Shown: positions 8,688-16,270, counted from the stretch's first letter. The stretch is 40,373 nt of DNA from a virus (IMGVR_UViG_3300046786_000350:1-40373), one strand, 5' to 3'. Numbers and translations: made by a program. Notes: generated by a model not told the origin, from the letters alone.

Positions 8688-8693
8688 CAACTC

Positions 8694-8794
8694 GTTGCCG
8701 TAGGAAGCAATAAATTGAAGCCGTTTACTCATGCTCTCGCCCTTGGTTTTTACTTTAGGGTTCCTACCGAGGGCAGTAGTAAGCGGCTTTTTTT
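8694..8794 (+). ncRNA. Attenuator/antisense-like leader with terminator
   Basis: Hairpin loop GTAGGAA (8700-8706) complementary to bulge TTCCTAC (8761-8767) in a 13+8+4 bp hairpin followed by a T run. Confidence 0.65.
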
Positions 8795-8812
8795 ATGTCT
8801 ATACCCTTTGTG

Positions 8813-9062
8813 CATCCGTACTCCACACGAAAGCAGCGCATTTGCATGGATGGCTTGGAAGAAAACACCGCACTCTTACACACCCGAGAGCAAAAGGCGA
8901 CCAGCGTTGATTGACCGACTGGTAAAGCATTGGGTAACTCAGGTGGAAACTAGGCTCAATGTATAAGCGAATCAATCCCTCATGGGCACTTGGGGCTTTT
9001 TGTGTATTTAATGCAATAAAGAGCTTGGAGAAGGTCGGATAGAACTCAACTATCCACCCTAG
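8813..9062 (+). ncRNA. Candidate multi-stem pseudoknotted ncRNA
   Basis: At least 7 hand-paired helices plus possible loop-loop pairings; no credible ORF. Confidence 0.6.
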
Positions 9063-9070
9063 GTATAACT

Positions 9071-9274
9071 ATGACTAAAGGAAATGCAATGAATATTTAC
9101 TTGATCTGTAAACATAGAACATTCAGAGACAGTTGGGGTAGTGGCATTTTTATTGAGTGCGTTGTTTTAAAACCATTTACTAATAAAAAAATTGCTTCGG
9201 AATATGTAAAAGACTTAAACAGTAGGTCAAAAAAATATCAATACAGAATTAAAAAAGTGGTGGTTTGTATATGA
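9071..9274 (+). CDS. Hypothetical protein (start probably 9089)
   Basis: AT-rich ORF with AAGGA RBS before second ATG. Confidence 0.55.
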   Translation: MTKGNAMNIYLICKHRTFRDSWGSGIFIECVVLKPFTNKKIASEYVKDLNSRSKKYQYRIKKVVVCI

Positions 9275-9390
9275 CCCACAAAGATGCAATGAGAATCTTG
9301 GACAAGGTGAAAGACGGAGTGCCTTATCCAATCAAAATTATCCGCATGGCTTTGGAGCTTACTGGTGATTTACTCACGGAAAAACATTGA
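9271..9390 (+). CDS. 39-aa hypothetical protein (MTHKDAMRILDKVKDG...ALELTGDL)
   Basis: Translated by hand; ATGA overlap with upstream gene. Confidence 0.6.
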   Translation: MTHKDAMRILDKVKDGVPYPIKIIRMALELTGDLLTEKH

Positions 9391-9577
9391 AAACCAAAGC
9401 GATAGAGTTGTACTGGAGCAAGCCGAGGCCAGAGAACTCTTTCGCAACTGGGAACACAGCCAAAACCGAGATTTGATCCGTGCCAGACTGGAAAGGGCAG
9501 AACGAATCTACGGCAGAGGCGCTAGAGACAGAATCCGTGCTTACATGGCACAAATGAGAGAAGGAACACTCGAATGA
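9365..9577 (+). CDS. Hypothetical Arg-rich helical protein
   Basis: GGAG RBS, coupled to rusA. Confidence 0.65.
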   Translation: MIYSRKNIENQSDRVVLEQAEARELFRNWEHSQNRDLIRARLERAERIYGRGARDRIRAYMAQMREGTLE

Positions 9578-10002
9578 CATTCATGGTCACATTCATGGTC
9601 GAAGGTAACCCTGTCGGCAAAGGTCGCCCAAAGTTTGCCAGACGGGGTAACTTTGTTTCCACTTACACACCCACCAAAACCCGTGACTATGAGGACCTGA
9701 TTAAGGAAGCTGCCAACAAAGCCATGGGAAGCACTGCCCCTCTAGAAACGCCTATGGCAGTCGCAATCTATATCACAGTACCAATCCCTTCCTCATACTC
9801 AAAAAAGCGCAGGGAAGCCTGTTTAAGCGGTTCTGAGAGGCCAACAAAGAAGCCAGACATCGACAACATCGCCAAATGCTTCCTAGATGCCATGAATGGC
9901 GTGGTCTATTGGGATGACACCCAAGTCCTGACACTCCATGTCACAAAAGTCTATGGCACTGTCGGCATGGTGGAGGTCATGGTCAGGGAAGATTTGGAGT
10001 AG
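9574..10002 (+). CDS. rusA: RusA-family Holliday junction resolvase
   Basis: 'GKGRPKF', 'KKPDIDNIAKCFLDAMNGVVYWDDTQV'. Confidence 0.93.
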   Translation: MTFMVTFMVEGNPVGKGRPKFARRGNFVSTYTPTKTRDYEDLIKEAANKAMGSTAPLETPMAVAIYITVPIPSSYSKKRREACLSGSERPTKKPDIDNIAKCFLDAMNGVVYWDDTQVLTLHVTKVYGTVGMVEVMVREDLE

Positions 10003-10043
10003 GGTAAACACCTATTAAATAATTCAAGATTTCAAGATACAGT
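10000..10043 (+). promoter_or_regulatory. Operator TAGGGTAAACACCTA with downstream -10 TACAGT
   Basis: Same motif and spacing as in the 7845-7917 control region. Confidence 0.55.
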
Positions 10044-10075
10044 AACCACATCAACACATTTTTAAGGAGAAAGTA

Positions 10076-10315
10076 ATGTCACACACAATCGAATTCCAAG
10101 CCACAACAGGTGCTGGTGGTGTAGAAGTCAACGTCACCATGTCTTTTGAGGCAGACAAGTACACATCTTGGGCAGAGAACATTGACATGGTCACATTCAA
10201 TGGCATGGACATCATGGGTTTGCTTACTGAAGAGCAGTTCTCAGAACTCGAAGCCCAAGGCATGGAAGCCATCAAAGCTCAACGTGAGTGGGAAGTGGTG
10301 AATTACGAGCCATGA
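10076..10315 (+). CDS. Acidic hypothetical protein
   Basis: AGGAGAAAGTA RBS. Confidence 0.75.
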   Translation: MSHTIEFQATTGAGGVEVNVTMSFEADKYTSWAENIDMVTFNGMDIMGLLTEEQFSELEAQGMEAIKAQREWEVVNYEP

Positions 10316-10401
10316 GCAACAAAATCATCTTTTCATTTTTATTTATCTTGCTCGTGGCCTTTTGGTCATGGGTTAACTGGTTAGTTTGGAGTTATTCATG
10401 A
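10312..10401 (+). CDS. 29-aa TM peptide
   Basis: Translated by hand (MSNKIIFSFLFILLVAFWSWVNWLVWSYS); ATGA overlaps. Confidence 0.5.
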   Translation: MSNKIIFSFLFILLVAFWSWVNWLVWSYS

Positions 10402-10589
10402 TGCCATCAATCGATATGGGTGCAGTTCACTCAACCCATAAGTTCAAGCTTTGCACTCGTTGCGACACATCTAAACCGCCTGAGGGTGGCATCGATATGG
10501 GTCACAAATGGATTTGCCAATCCTGTTGGAACAGGAAAATCACCGGATCAAACCTTAAACAAAACCGCACTTCTAGGACTAAAACATGA
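10398..10589 (+). CDS. Zn-ribbon protein
   Basis: CTRC...CQSC; ATG start chosen over the track's TTG at 10386. Confidence 0.65.
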   Translation: MMPSIDMGAVHSTHKFKLCTRCDTSKPPEGGIDMGHKWICQSCWNRKITGSNLKQNRTSRTKT

Positions 10590-10783
10590 GTAAAGGCTCA
10601 AGCCCTCGCCCTTTTGCAGTAAGTAACCAAGAATATTCAAACAGATGGGATGCCATATTTGGCAGAGACAATGAGAAAAAGAACGAAGCGCAAAGTGTGG
10701 AATCTGATCGATCCGATAGCGCACGGAATCGTGGGAGCAGCGATCACGCCCCGAGCAACTCTGGACAAACTCAGATTTCTTGA
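10586..10783 (+). CDS. Small phage protein (MSKGSSPRP...RWDAIFG)
   Basis: Recurrent phage micro-protein motif; tail overlaps next gene. Confidence 0.55.
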   Translation: MSKGSSPRPFAVSNQEYSNRWDAIFGRDNEKKNEAQSVESDRSDSARNRGSSDHAPSNSGQTQIS

Positions 10784-11129
10784 ATATGCCGCTTTGGATG
10801 CCATCACCCGAGGCAAAGGCACTGTGCAGGACTGGCGCACGTTAGTGGACGTTTTGAACCTTTCCGAGGTTATGGGCAAGGCAGGATTAGGTCCTGAAGT
10901 GTTGCCAGTCTGTGCCAAAGCTCAAGAAGCCCTGCACAAGGCTGCCATGCGTTATCAGGAAACCATGAAAATGGGATTAGATGGACCTGGCATTCAGGCA
11001 ATAAGGGACTTGATTGAGTATGCAGACCTGCAACAGGCAAGCATTTCCCGCAGTGAATTTGAGCGTTATGTGTTGAAAACTCGCAACTACATCAAGTCCA
11101 ATAGCGACAGGGTGGTGGAGATCGTATGA
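10671..11129 (+). CDS. Conserved hypothetical phage protein
   Basis: Helical; start MRKRTKRK preferred over 10650. Confidence 0.7.
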   Translation: MRKRTKRKVWNLIDPIAHGIVGAAITPRATLDKLRFLEYAALDAITRGKGTVQDWRTLVDVLNLSEVMGKAGLGPEVLPVCAKAQEALHKAAMRYQETMKMGLDGPGIQAIRDLIEYADLQQASISRSEFERYVLKTRNYIKSNSDRVVEIV

Positions 11130-11395
11130 GTTATTTTGATGACCTGCCACCAGAAGTGCTGCAAAAAGCATGGGAAGTCATGGAAAAGAACAGGAAAGAG
11201 GCTTTGTCAAAGAAGCTTGGCAGACCTGTTTTGGACTGGGGTGGTAAGCGCAAGGGTGCTGGTAGGCCAAGAAAGCTGATCTACCGCACAAAAGTGGAGC
11301 TAAACCTGAATGCCGTGCAAAAGAAAGTACTGGCAGAGATGGGTGAAGGCAGTATCGACAAAGGCATAGAAAAGTTAATTAACGAGGCAATGTAA
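11126..11395 (+). CDS. Putative DNA-binding protein with AT-hook-like motif
   Basis: 'WGGKRKGAGRP' followed by RHH-like segment. Confidence 0.6.
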   Translation: MSYFDDLPPEVLQKAWEVMEKNRKEALSKKLGRPVLDWGGKRKGAGRPRKLIYRTKVELNLNAVQKKVLAEMGEGSIDKGIEKLINEAM

Positions 11396-11670
11396 TGACA
11401 CAAGATGTAATTGAAATTAAAGAAGGCACTGCATCAAAAGCCACAGAAGTTATCATAAATCAACCAAAGCCAAGTGGTTGGATGGCTTGGTACAGGATGT
11501 CGCCACAAGCATACTTTTCTCAGGTTTATGGAGACTTTAATTACTCAGAAAGGAACTTTTTTAAATGCCCCTATCCCTTGTTTGAATCAAGAGCAGAAGC
11601 TATTTCAGCAGCGCAAAAAATAATGAGAAATGAAGGTGGTGAAATTCGATTAGTAAAGGTTGAGTTATGA
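11395..11670 (+). CDS. Hypothetical protein
   Basis: Coupled ORF with GAGG RBS. Confidence 0.6.
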   Translation: MTQDVIEIKEGTASKATEVIINQPKPSGWMAWYRMSPQAYFSQVYGDFNYSERNFFKCPYPLFESRAEAISAAQKIMRNEGGEIRLVKVEL

Positions 11671-11924
11671 CCCAAGATGAAATCATTGAGATGGCAAATA
11701 AAGCATATGCAATTGACGATGGGAAACCACTTCATCCATCTGCGCTTTTTCACCTTGAAATCTTTGCCAAGCTAGTAGCACAGCATGAGCGTGAGGCGTG
11801 TGCAAAGTTAGTTCAAGATTCTTGGATGGCTTTTTCTAGAGCGCCAAACAGTCGTTTAGACATTACGCCATCTCCAGAATTGGAATACGTTGCCAAAGTA
11901 ATCCGAGCAAGGGGACAAGCATGA
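11667..11924 (+). CDS. Mosaic phage protein (EREACAK...IRARG)
   Basis: Characteristic 'MTQDEIIEMA...FAKLVA..EREACA' modules. Confidence 0.7.
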   Translation: MTQDEIIEMANKAYAIDDGKPLHPSALFHLEIFAKLVAQHEREACAKLVQDSWMAFSRAPNSRLDITPSPELEYVAKVIRARGQA

Positions 11925-12055
11925 CCTGGCCTTTCCCACCATTCCCAAACCCCAAAGATACAGGGACAAAGCGCCCTAAATTTAACCCTGATAACTACGA
12001 GGACGCACCCATATGTACCAAAAGCATGAGTACTACAGAGACAAAGACCTACTGA
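11921..12055 (+). CDS. 44-aa Pro-rich peptide (MTWPFPPFPNPK...)
   Basis: Translated by hand; ATGA overlap, GGGG RBS. Confidence 0.5.
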   Translation: MTWPFPPFPNPKDTGTKRPKFNPDNYEDAPICTKSMSTTETKTY

Positions 12056-12396
12056 GACTTGCAGAAGGTGAACCTTGTCTTTTACAGGTGGCCTCAAATT
12101 GTTTAGGGGGGGAAGGGTCCACAACTGTGGCTTGTCACTCAAACCTATTGATTCATGGCAAGGGTCGCTCAATTAAGGCCGATGACCACCATTCGGTGTG
12201 GGGGTGTAGCAGATGCCATACATGGCTAGATTCATCCTATACCGATTACGATACAAAGAATTTGGCTTATCAAGAAGCCTACAAAAGACAACTTCACGCA
12301 TGGCTTGATTTGGCAGATAATATAACTATCAAACCTTGGCGCAGAGAAGCAGCTAGGCGTGTCTTAACCCACTTGGGAGTCCCATATGGACAATGA
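12013..12396 (+). CDS. DUF1364-like nuclease (His-Cys, nin-region)
   Basis: 'PCLLQ...C...TTVACHSN...HGKGRSIKADD...GCSRCH..LD'. Confidence 0.8.
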   Translation: MYQKHEYYRDKDLLRLAEGEPCLLQVASNCLGGEGSTTVACHSNLLIHGKGRSIKADDHHSVWGCSRCHTWLDSSYTDYDTKNLAYQEAYKRQLHAWLDLADNITIKPWRREAARRVLTHLGVPYGQ

Positions 12397-12745
12397 AATT
12401 GGCGATTTAGTATTGACCTTGTTGCACTCAGCAACCAATACGCACATCCTGCACTGGCAATCAAAGTCCTATGCAGAACACAAAGCCCTTGGCGCATTCT
12501 ATGAAGAGCTGCCAGACCTAGTAGATGACCTGGTCGAGGCAATCCAAGGACGATACGATTCAACCCTAGAATTCCCTGCAACGTATCACACCCCTGCCAG
12601 CACTGGTAAGCGTGAGCTGCACGACCTGTCAGAATACTTTGAAGAAAAACGTAAGGTCCTGCCTCAGGATTCTGAGATTCAGAATATTGCCGATGAAATT
12701 CAGCAACTGATTGACTCGACACTTTATCTTCTACGTTTCCCTTGA
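12386..12745 (+). CDS. Ferritin/Dps-like four-helix protein (DUF5856-like)
   Basis: 'HILHWQSKSYAEHKALGAFYEEL..LVD.LVEAIQG'. Confidence 0.75.
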   Translation: MDNEIGDLVLTLLHSATNTHILHWQSKSYAEHKALGAFYEELPDLVDDLVEAIQGRYDSTLEFPATYHTPASTGKRELHDLSEYFEEKRKVLPQDSEIQNIADEIQQLIDSTLYLLRFP

Positions 12746-12754
12746 TAAAATAAC

Positions 12755-12822
12755 GAAACCCCCGATGCTTTGGCGAGTATCGAGGGCTTCTCACCAACAC
12801 AATTAAGAGGGAATTGATATGG
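12755..12822 (+). promoter_or_regulatory. Tandem hairpins upstream of HNH gene; the second overlaps the RBS
   Basis: 16-bp imperfect stem (12755-12790, loop TGGC); CAATT-AAGAGGG-AATTG around the SD. Confidence 0.5.
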
Positions 12823-13328
12823 CTGAAACAGATTTTAAAGTAACTCAAGACTATTTGTGGGCACGATACACCTACAACGCTGAAACAGGCGAATTCATGT
12901 CTCGCAGAACCAACAATCCAGTTGGATATGCTCATAGAGGCTATCTTGCTCTTGATATAAAAAATAAACGCTACAAACTTCATCGCTTAATCTGGCTTTA
13001 TGTTTATGGGAAATGGCCTGAACCAATGGCAGACCATTTAAATGGCAACAGGAAAGACAACCGCTTGTTTAATCTGCGTGAAGTCACTGCCAAACAAAAC
13101 GCTGAAAATAGAAACAAAATAAATGCAAACAGCGGGCTGAAAGGTGTGCATGGATTACCTTCAGGAAAATGGGTTGCATCCATAGGACATCAAAGAAAAG
13201 TTATTTACTTGGGAACTTTTGACACAAAAGAAGATGCGCATAATTCTTATTGCAAAGCAGCGTCTTTTTTTCATACTCATAATTCTTTTGGAAAAAACCT
13301 CCAGCAAAAATCGATAGAGGTAGCTTAA
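12819..13328 (+). CDS. HNH-AP2 homing endonuclease
   Basis: 'HRLIWLY..G.WP...DHLNGNRKDNRLFNLREVT..QN' plus AP2 'KWVASI...YLGTF'. Confidence 0.92.
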   Translation: MAETDFKVTQDYLWARYTYNAETGEFMSRRTNNPVGYAHRGYLALDIKNKRYKLHRLIWLYVYGKWPEPMADHLNGNRKDNRLFNLREVTAKQNAENRNKINANSGLKGVHGLPSGKWVASIGHQRKVIYLGTFDTKEDAHNSYCKAASFFHTHNSFGKNLQQKSIEVA

Positions 13329-13518
13329 AAAAAATAGGGGGTCAAAAATTTGATGGTGGGGGGTCTTCCAAACGTGGGGGACTCCCTCTTTTTTGCCTAA
13401 AAAACGCACCGACATAATCGAGATAATCGCCAAGGGGAGGGGGAAGATAATACATAATATAATCCCGATATAATCCCAAGATAATACGCATATAATCAAA
13501 TGCATTTCAATTCCCCCG

Positions 13519-13531
13519 TAAGTTGTTGATT
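13519..13531 (-). promoter_or_regulatory. IHF consensus site
   Basis: AATCAACAACTTA matches WATCAANNNNTTR. Confidence 0.6.
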
Positions 13532-13569
13532 TTCCATGAAAAACCCCATGCTATAGCATAGGACCAAGC

Positions 13570-13766
13570 GCCTACAATATCCCCCCTCAGGCCTTCCACG
13601 GCAAACCCAGCGCCCACAATGGCACGGCAAACCCGCTAGAACGGCCCACAATGGCACGTTATCCCTGACCCGCTACAGTTACCGGCCCACACTAACGCCT
13701 GACCCAATGGTCAACCAATCGCCCACAATCAAGCCGGACCTTTAAAGGCCAAAAACGGCAAACCCT
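13570..13766. repeat. Interspersed short direct repeats (CGGCAAACCC x3; GCCCACAAT-like x5)
   Basis: Read directly; non-coding. Confidence 0.75.
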
Positions 13767-13787
13767 AGGCTTACCCCTGACAAGAAC

Positions 13788-13811
13788 AAAAAAAAGGCCC
13801 TAAGGCCCTTT
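13788..13811 (-). terminator. Rho-independent terminator of leftward module
   Basis: Minus strand AGGGCC-TTAG-GGCCTT followed by T run, at the gp88-like stop. Confidence 0.8.
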
Positions 13812-14457
13812 AAATTTGCTTTAACTTGATAACCCGTGCCATTTTCTGACCATGGGCCGGATATGCGATTAAAGGTACGTTTTTATCCCAGCACGCACGG
13901 CAGCCGTTACAGTTTCCGCCGTGCAAATATGCTTCGCAAAGCTTCACACCTTCACGGGGCGCAAATGTTGCAGCATCAGGGCCGATAACTGAGCCGTGCA
14001 AACCTTCAATATATTCTCCGGTAATGGAATCACTGGAAAATCTGACCTTCACGTTTGGCAAGGCTTCCATTTGAGAGAAAACGTGGGCAAACTTTGGAAA
14101 CTTATGCATACGGGTCGGCAGCCAGTGATTGACCCAAGGCGTGCGAATCATTACCTCAAGAATTTTCTCAGCCAGTCCAAGGGTGAAAACGTCTCCGGAA
14201 TCAAACCAACGGAAATATCGGTCGGAATCTAATTCTTGAACCATATCGTCAACCCATTCTAGGCGGGTCCAGTCTTCACGATTAGATAATCTTGGGGCTT
14301 TGACGTTAGGGTAATTATAATTCCCAGTTGTTGCATAACAACCCTTGCACGCGTCCACCAGAACACCAGGCGCAGCCCATGAGCCGGGGCAAGTGTCCAA
14401 AGCTTGAAGGGACCATGAACGTGCGTTCAATTTTGAGGTTTGAGATATTTTGATCAT
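13810..14457 (-). CDS. GP88-family (radical-SAM-like Fe-S) protein
   Basis: 'TCPGS...ACKGCYA', 'YFRWFDSGD', 'HWLPTR', C-terminal 'CNGCRACW'. Confidence 0.8.
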   Translation of the reverse strand: MIKISQTSKLNARSWSLQALDTCPGSWAAPGVLVDACKGCYATTGNYNYPNVKAPRLSNREDWTRLEWVDDMVQELDSDRYFRWFDSGDVFTLGLAEKILEVMIRTPWVNHWLPTRMHKFPKFAHVFSQMEALPNVKVRFSSDSITGEYIEGLHGSVIGPDAATFAPREGVKLCEAYLHGGNCNGCRACWDKNVPLIAYPAHGQKMARVIKLKQI

Positions 14458-14532
14458 TATTTACTTTCGGACTAAAAACGTGGAAGGCCCACGGCAAAAC
14501 GGCCCATTGTGAGCCGCTTCACTGTGAACCCT

Positions 14533-14727
14533 TCAAACCCAGCGGATAGAATAAATTAGGCTTTTTGTGCAATTTCCCGATTGAGCACGTTCAAAAAACC
14601 TATTCCATAAAATTTGCATAATTTTGCTTTGCCCATTCAATTTGCATTGACGTTCGGCCCCTTTATGGGTTTTGTATCCCTTGGGATTCCCTACAATTTC
14701 CCCGTTACAGTCAAAGATAAAAAACAT
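14533..14727 (-). CDS. Hypothetical protein
   Basis: AGGGG RBS; in tandem array. Confidence 0.7.
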   Translation of the reverse strand: MFFIFDCNGEIVGNPKGYKTHKGAERQCKLNGQSKIMQILWNRFFERAQSGNCTKSLIYSIRWV

Positions 14728-14729
14728 AG

Positions 14730-14810
14730 TTAACCCCTGATAGTTAAAAAGAAGGCCAACATTAGGCCAATGGCAACGGCTGCAAGAATATCTAGAATAG
14801 TGTCTTTCAT
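14730..14810 (-). CDS. 26-aa TM peptide (MKDTILDILAAVAIGLMLAFFLTIRG)
   Basis: Translated by hand; AAGGGG RBS. Confidence 0.6.
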   Translation of the reverse strand: MKDTILDILAAVAIGLMLAFFLTIRG

Positions 14811-14820
14811 GGTCAACCCC

Positions 14821-15168
14821 TTAGATTTTGGCAAGCTTGATAGAACGCACGGGTTCACCTACTGTAGTGTGAGCCGTGATCAATTGACGTGAAGGGTTAA
14901 AGTGTTCAGCAATAGCACGCCAGTCTGTAACTGTACGGCCCTCACTCTCGAACACCAAAGCGCTGAATTCTGAGCCGTTATAACGCTCAGGACCTTGGGA
15001 CTTAATTGCTGCCTTTAATACTTCAGCTTGTTTTGTTAGGGCCTTTATCTGGGAATCGATAGCGCCCAATTGATCCACGGCTTGAGCTAGTTCAGGGCAA
15101 GTAACGGGGCCGCCTGAGATTGTGGCAAGGATAGAAGAGAAAACGGGGGAAACGTGAGAGTTTGACAT
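14821..15168 (-). CDS. Hypothetical protein with coiled coil
   Basis: 'VDQLGAIDSQIKAL...LKAAIK...TVTDWRAIA'. Confidence 0.7.
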   Translation of the reverse strand: MSNSHVSPVFSSILATISGGPVTCPELAQAVDQLGAIDSQIKALTKQAEVLKAAIKSQGPERYNGSEFSALVFESEGRTVTDWRAIAEHFNPSRQLITAHTTVGEPVRSIKLAKI

Positions 15169-15204
15169 TTGATTACTTTCGGACTGGATTAAAAAAAGGA
15201 TTGA

Positions 15205-15456
15205 TTAGGACTGAGAATCTAGAAGAGCATTTGACCATGCAAGGCACGAATCAAGCTCTTGAGCCGTTCCGTTGCCCCGTGCAAGGGTTTGCATAACGTG
15301 AAGGCTGATAGCGCGTTCTACGGCCTTCCTGAGACTTGATTCGCGGGTTATGCATTGGAGGCCACAGCAAACCTTCCAATAAATGAAAAGGCCGGAGCTA
15401 GATAACTCAATGTTGCCGGTTTGCCGGTCAAAACGAAAAGGAATGGTTTGTTTCAT
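15205..15456 (-). CDS. Hypothetical protein, first gene of leftward module
   Basis: Shares AGTCCGAAAGT leader with two other genes. Confidence 0.6.
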   Translation of the reverse strand: MKQTIPFRFDRQTGNIELSSSGLFIYWKVCCGLQCITRESSLRKAVERAISLHVMQTLARGNGTAQELDSCLAWSNALLDSQS

Positions 15457-15530
15457 AGTTTCACTTTCGGACTTAGGTTAAAAATGAGGGCTCAAAATCT
15501 AGGGCCTTCACTATATAAGCATAATAGAAT

Positions 15531-15596
15531 CGTGCCAACTCTCGCAAGTTGTTGATTTATAAGACCCCTCCAAATCCCTAATAGGGAAAACCCTTA
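15531..15596 (-). promoter_or_regulatory. Operator + IHF site + TGGCACG element upstream of leftward module
   Basis: TAGGGAAAACCCTTA (15582-15596), AATCAACAACTTG (15545-15557), TGGCACG (15531-15537). Confidence 0.5.
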
Positions 15597-16064
15597 GAAC
15601 TACAGTTCTCATTTTAGGGTTCATCACTGATAACTCTTGAATTCTAGGAAATTATTCAAGAACCCGATATCTTTGCTTAATAGTTATCTAATCAATTCCC
15701 GATTAGTACACTATTTGTCATTAATACTTGATAGCAGCTTGAAGGCATAACGCTAACATTGGTGCGGGTTTGCGCTGGGTTTTGCCATTGTCGGACCCAG
15801 TGAGAGGATTGAATAGTGTTATCTCCCCTCTCCCGTCTATTTTATGACTGCCCAGTCACAATCTAAACCGCCCATTTATCCCGCTTACACCCCCCTCATT
15901 CTGGCTAGGACTTGGAGGGGGGGTAGGACTGGAAAGGATTGGGAAAGGGGGGGCCCACTCCCTCATCCCCAAAATTTCTCAAAAACTTTTCCTGTTGCAA
16001 CAAAACAACAAAACCTGATTGAATACTTATAGTAGGGGATTGGATACTTATGTGCTTGGTTAAC

Positions 16065-16266
16065 TGTGGACGAACTATGGCATCCACTGTTTGTGCGTGT
16101 AAGAAAAAAATACTTACAGCAGTAGCACCTTGTTTATCTAACTTAACCTGTTAAGGCTCCACCTGTATGTTCCCGTTCATTGCTTACTAGAAAGACTGAT
16201 GGATTCAGTACGTTTATCTGGGTTGGTAAGCTACCTGCCTTCCCAAGGGCTGGATGATGGCCCCGT
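16065..16266 (-). ncRNA. Candidate structured ncRNA with two AGATAAAC motifs
   Basis: Hand-paired helices; own promoter immediately upstream; no ORF. Confidence 0.55.
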
Positions 16267-16270
16267 GTTC

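Noticed and set aside
8715-8966. 83-aa ORF from the track
   Set aside because: TTG start without RBS, crosses a terminator-like hairpin, and coincides with dense RNA pairing
12294-12983. 229-aa minus-strand ORF and other antisense ORFs in the track
   Set aside because: Shadow frames opposite well-supported genes, with no recognisable motifs
13570-13766. CRISPR array
   Set aside because: Repeats are 9-15 nt, irregularly spaced and of two interleaved types; no cas genes
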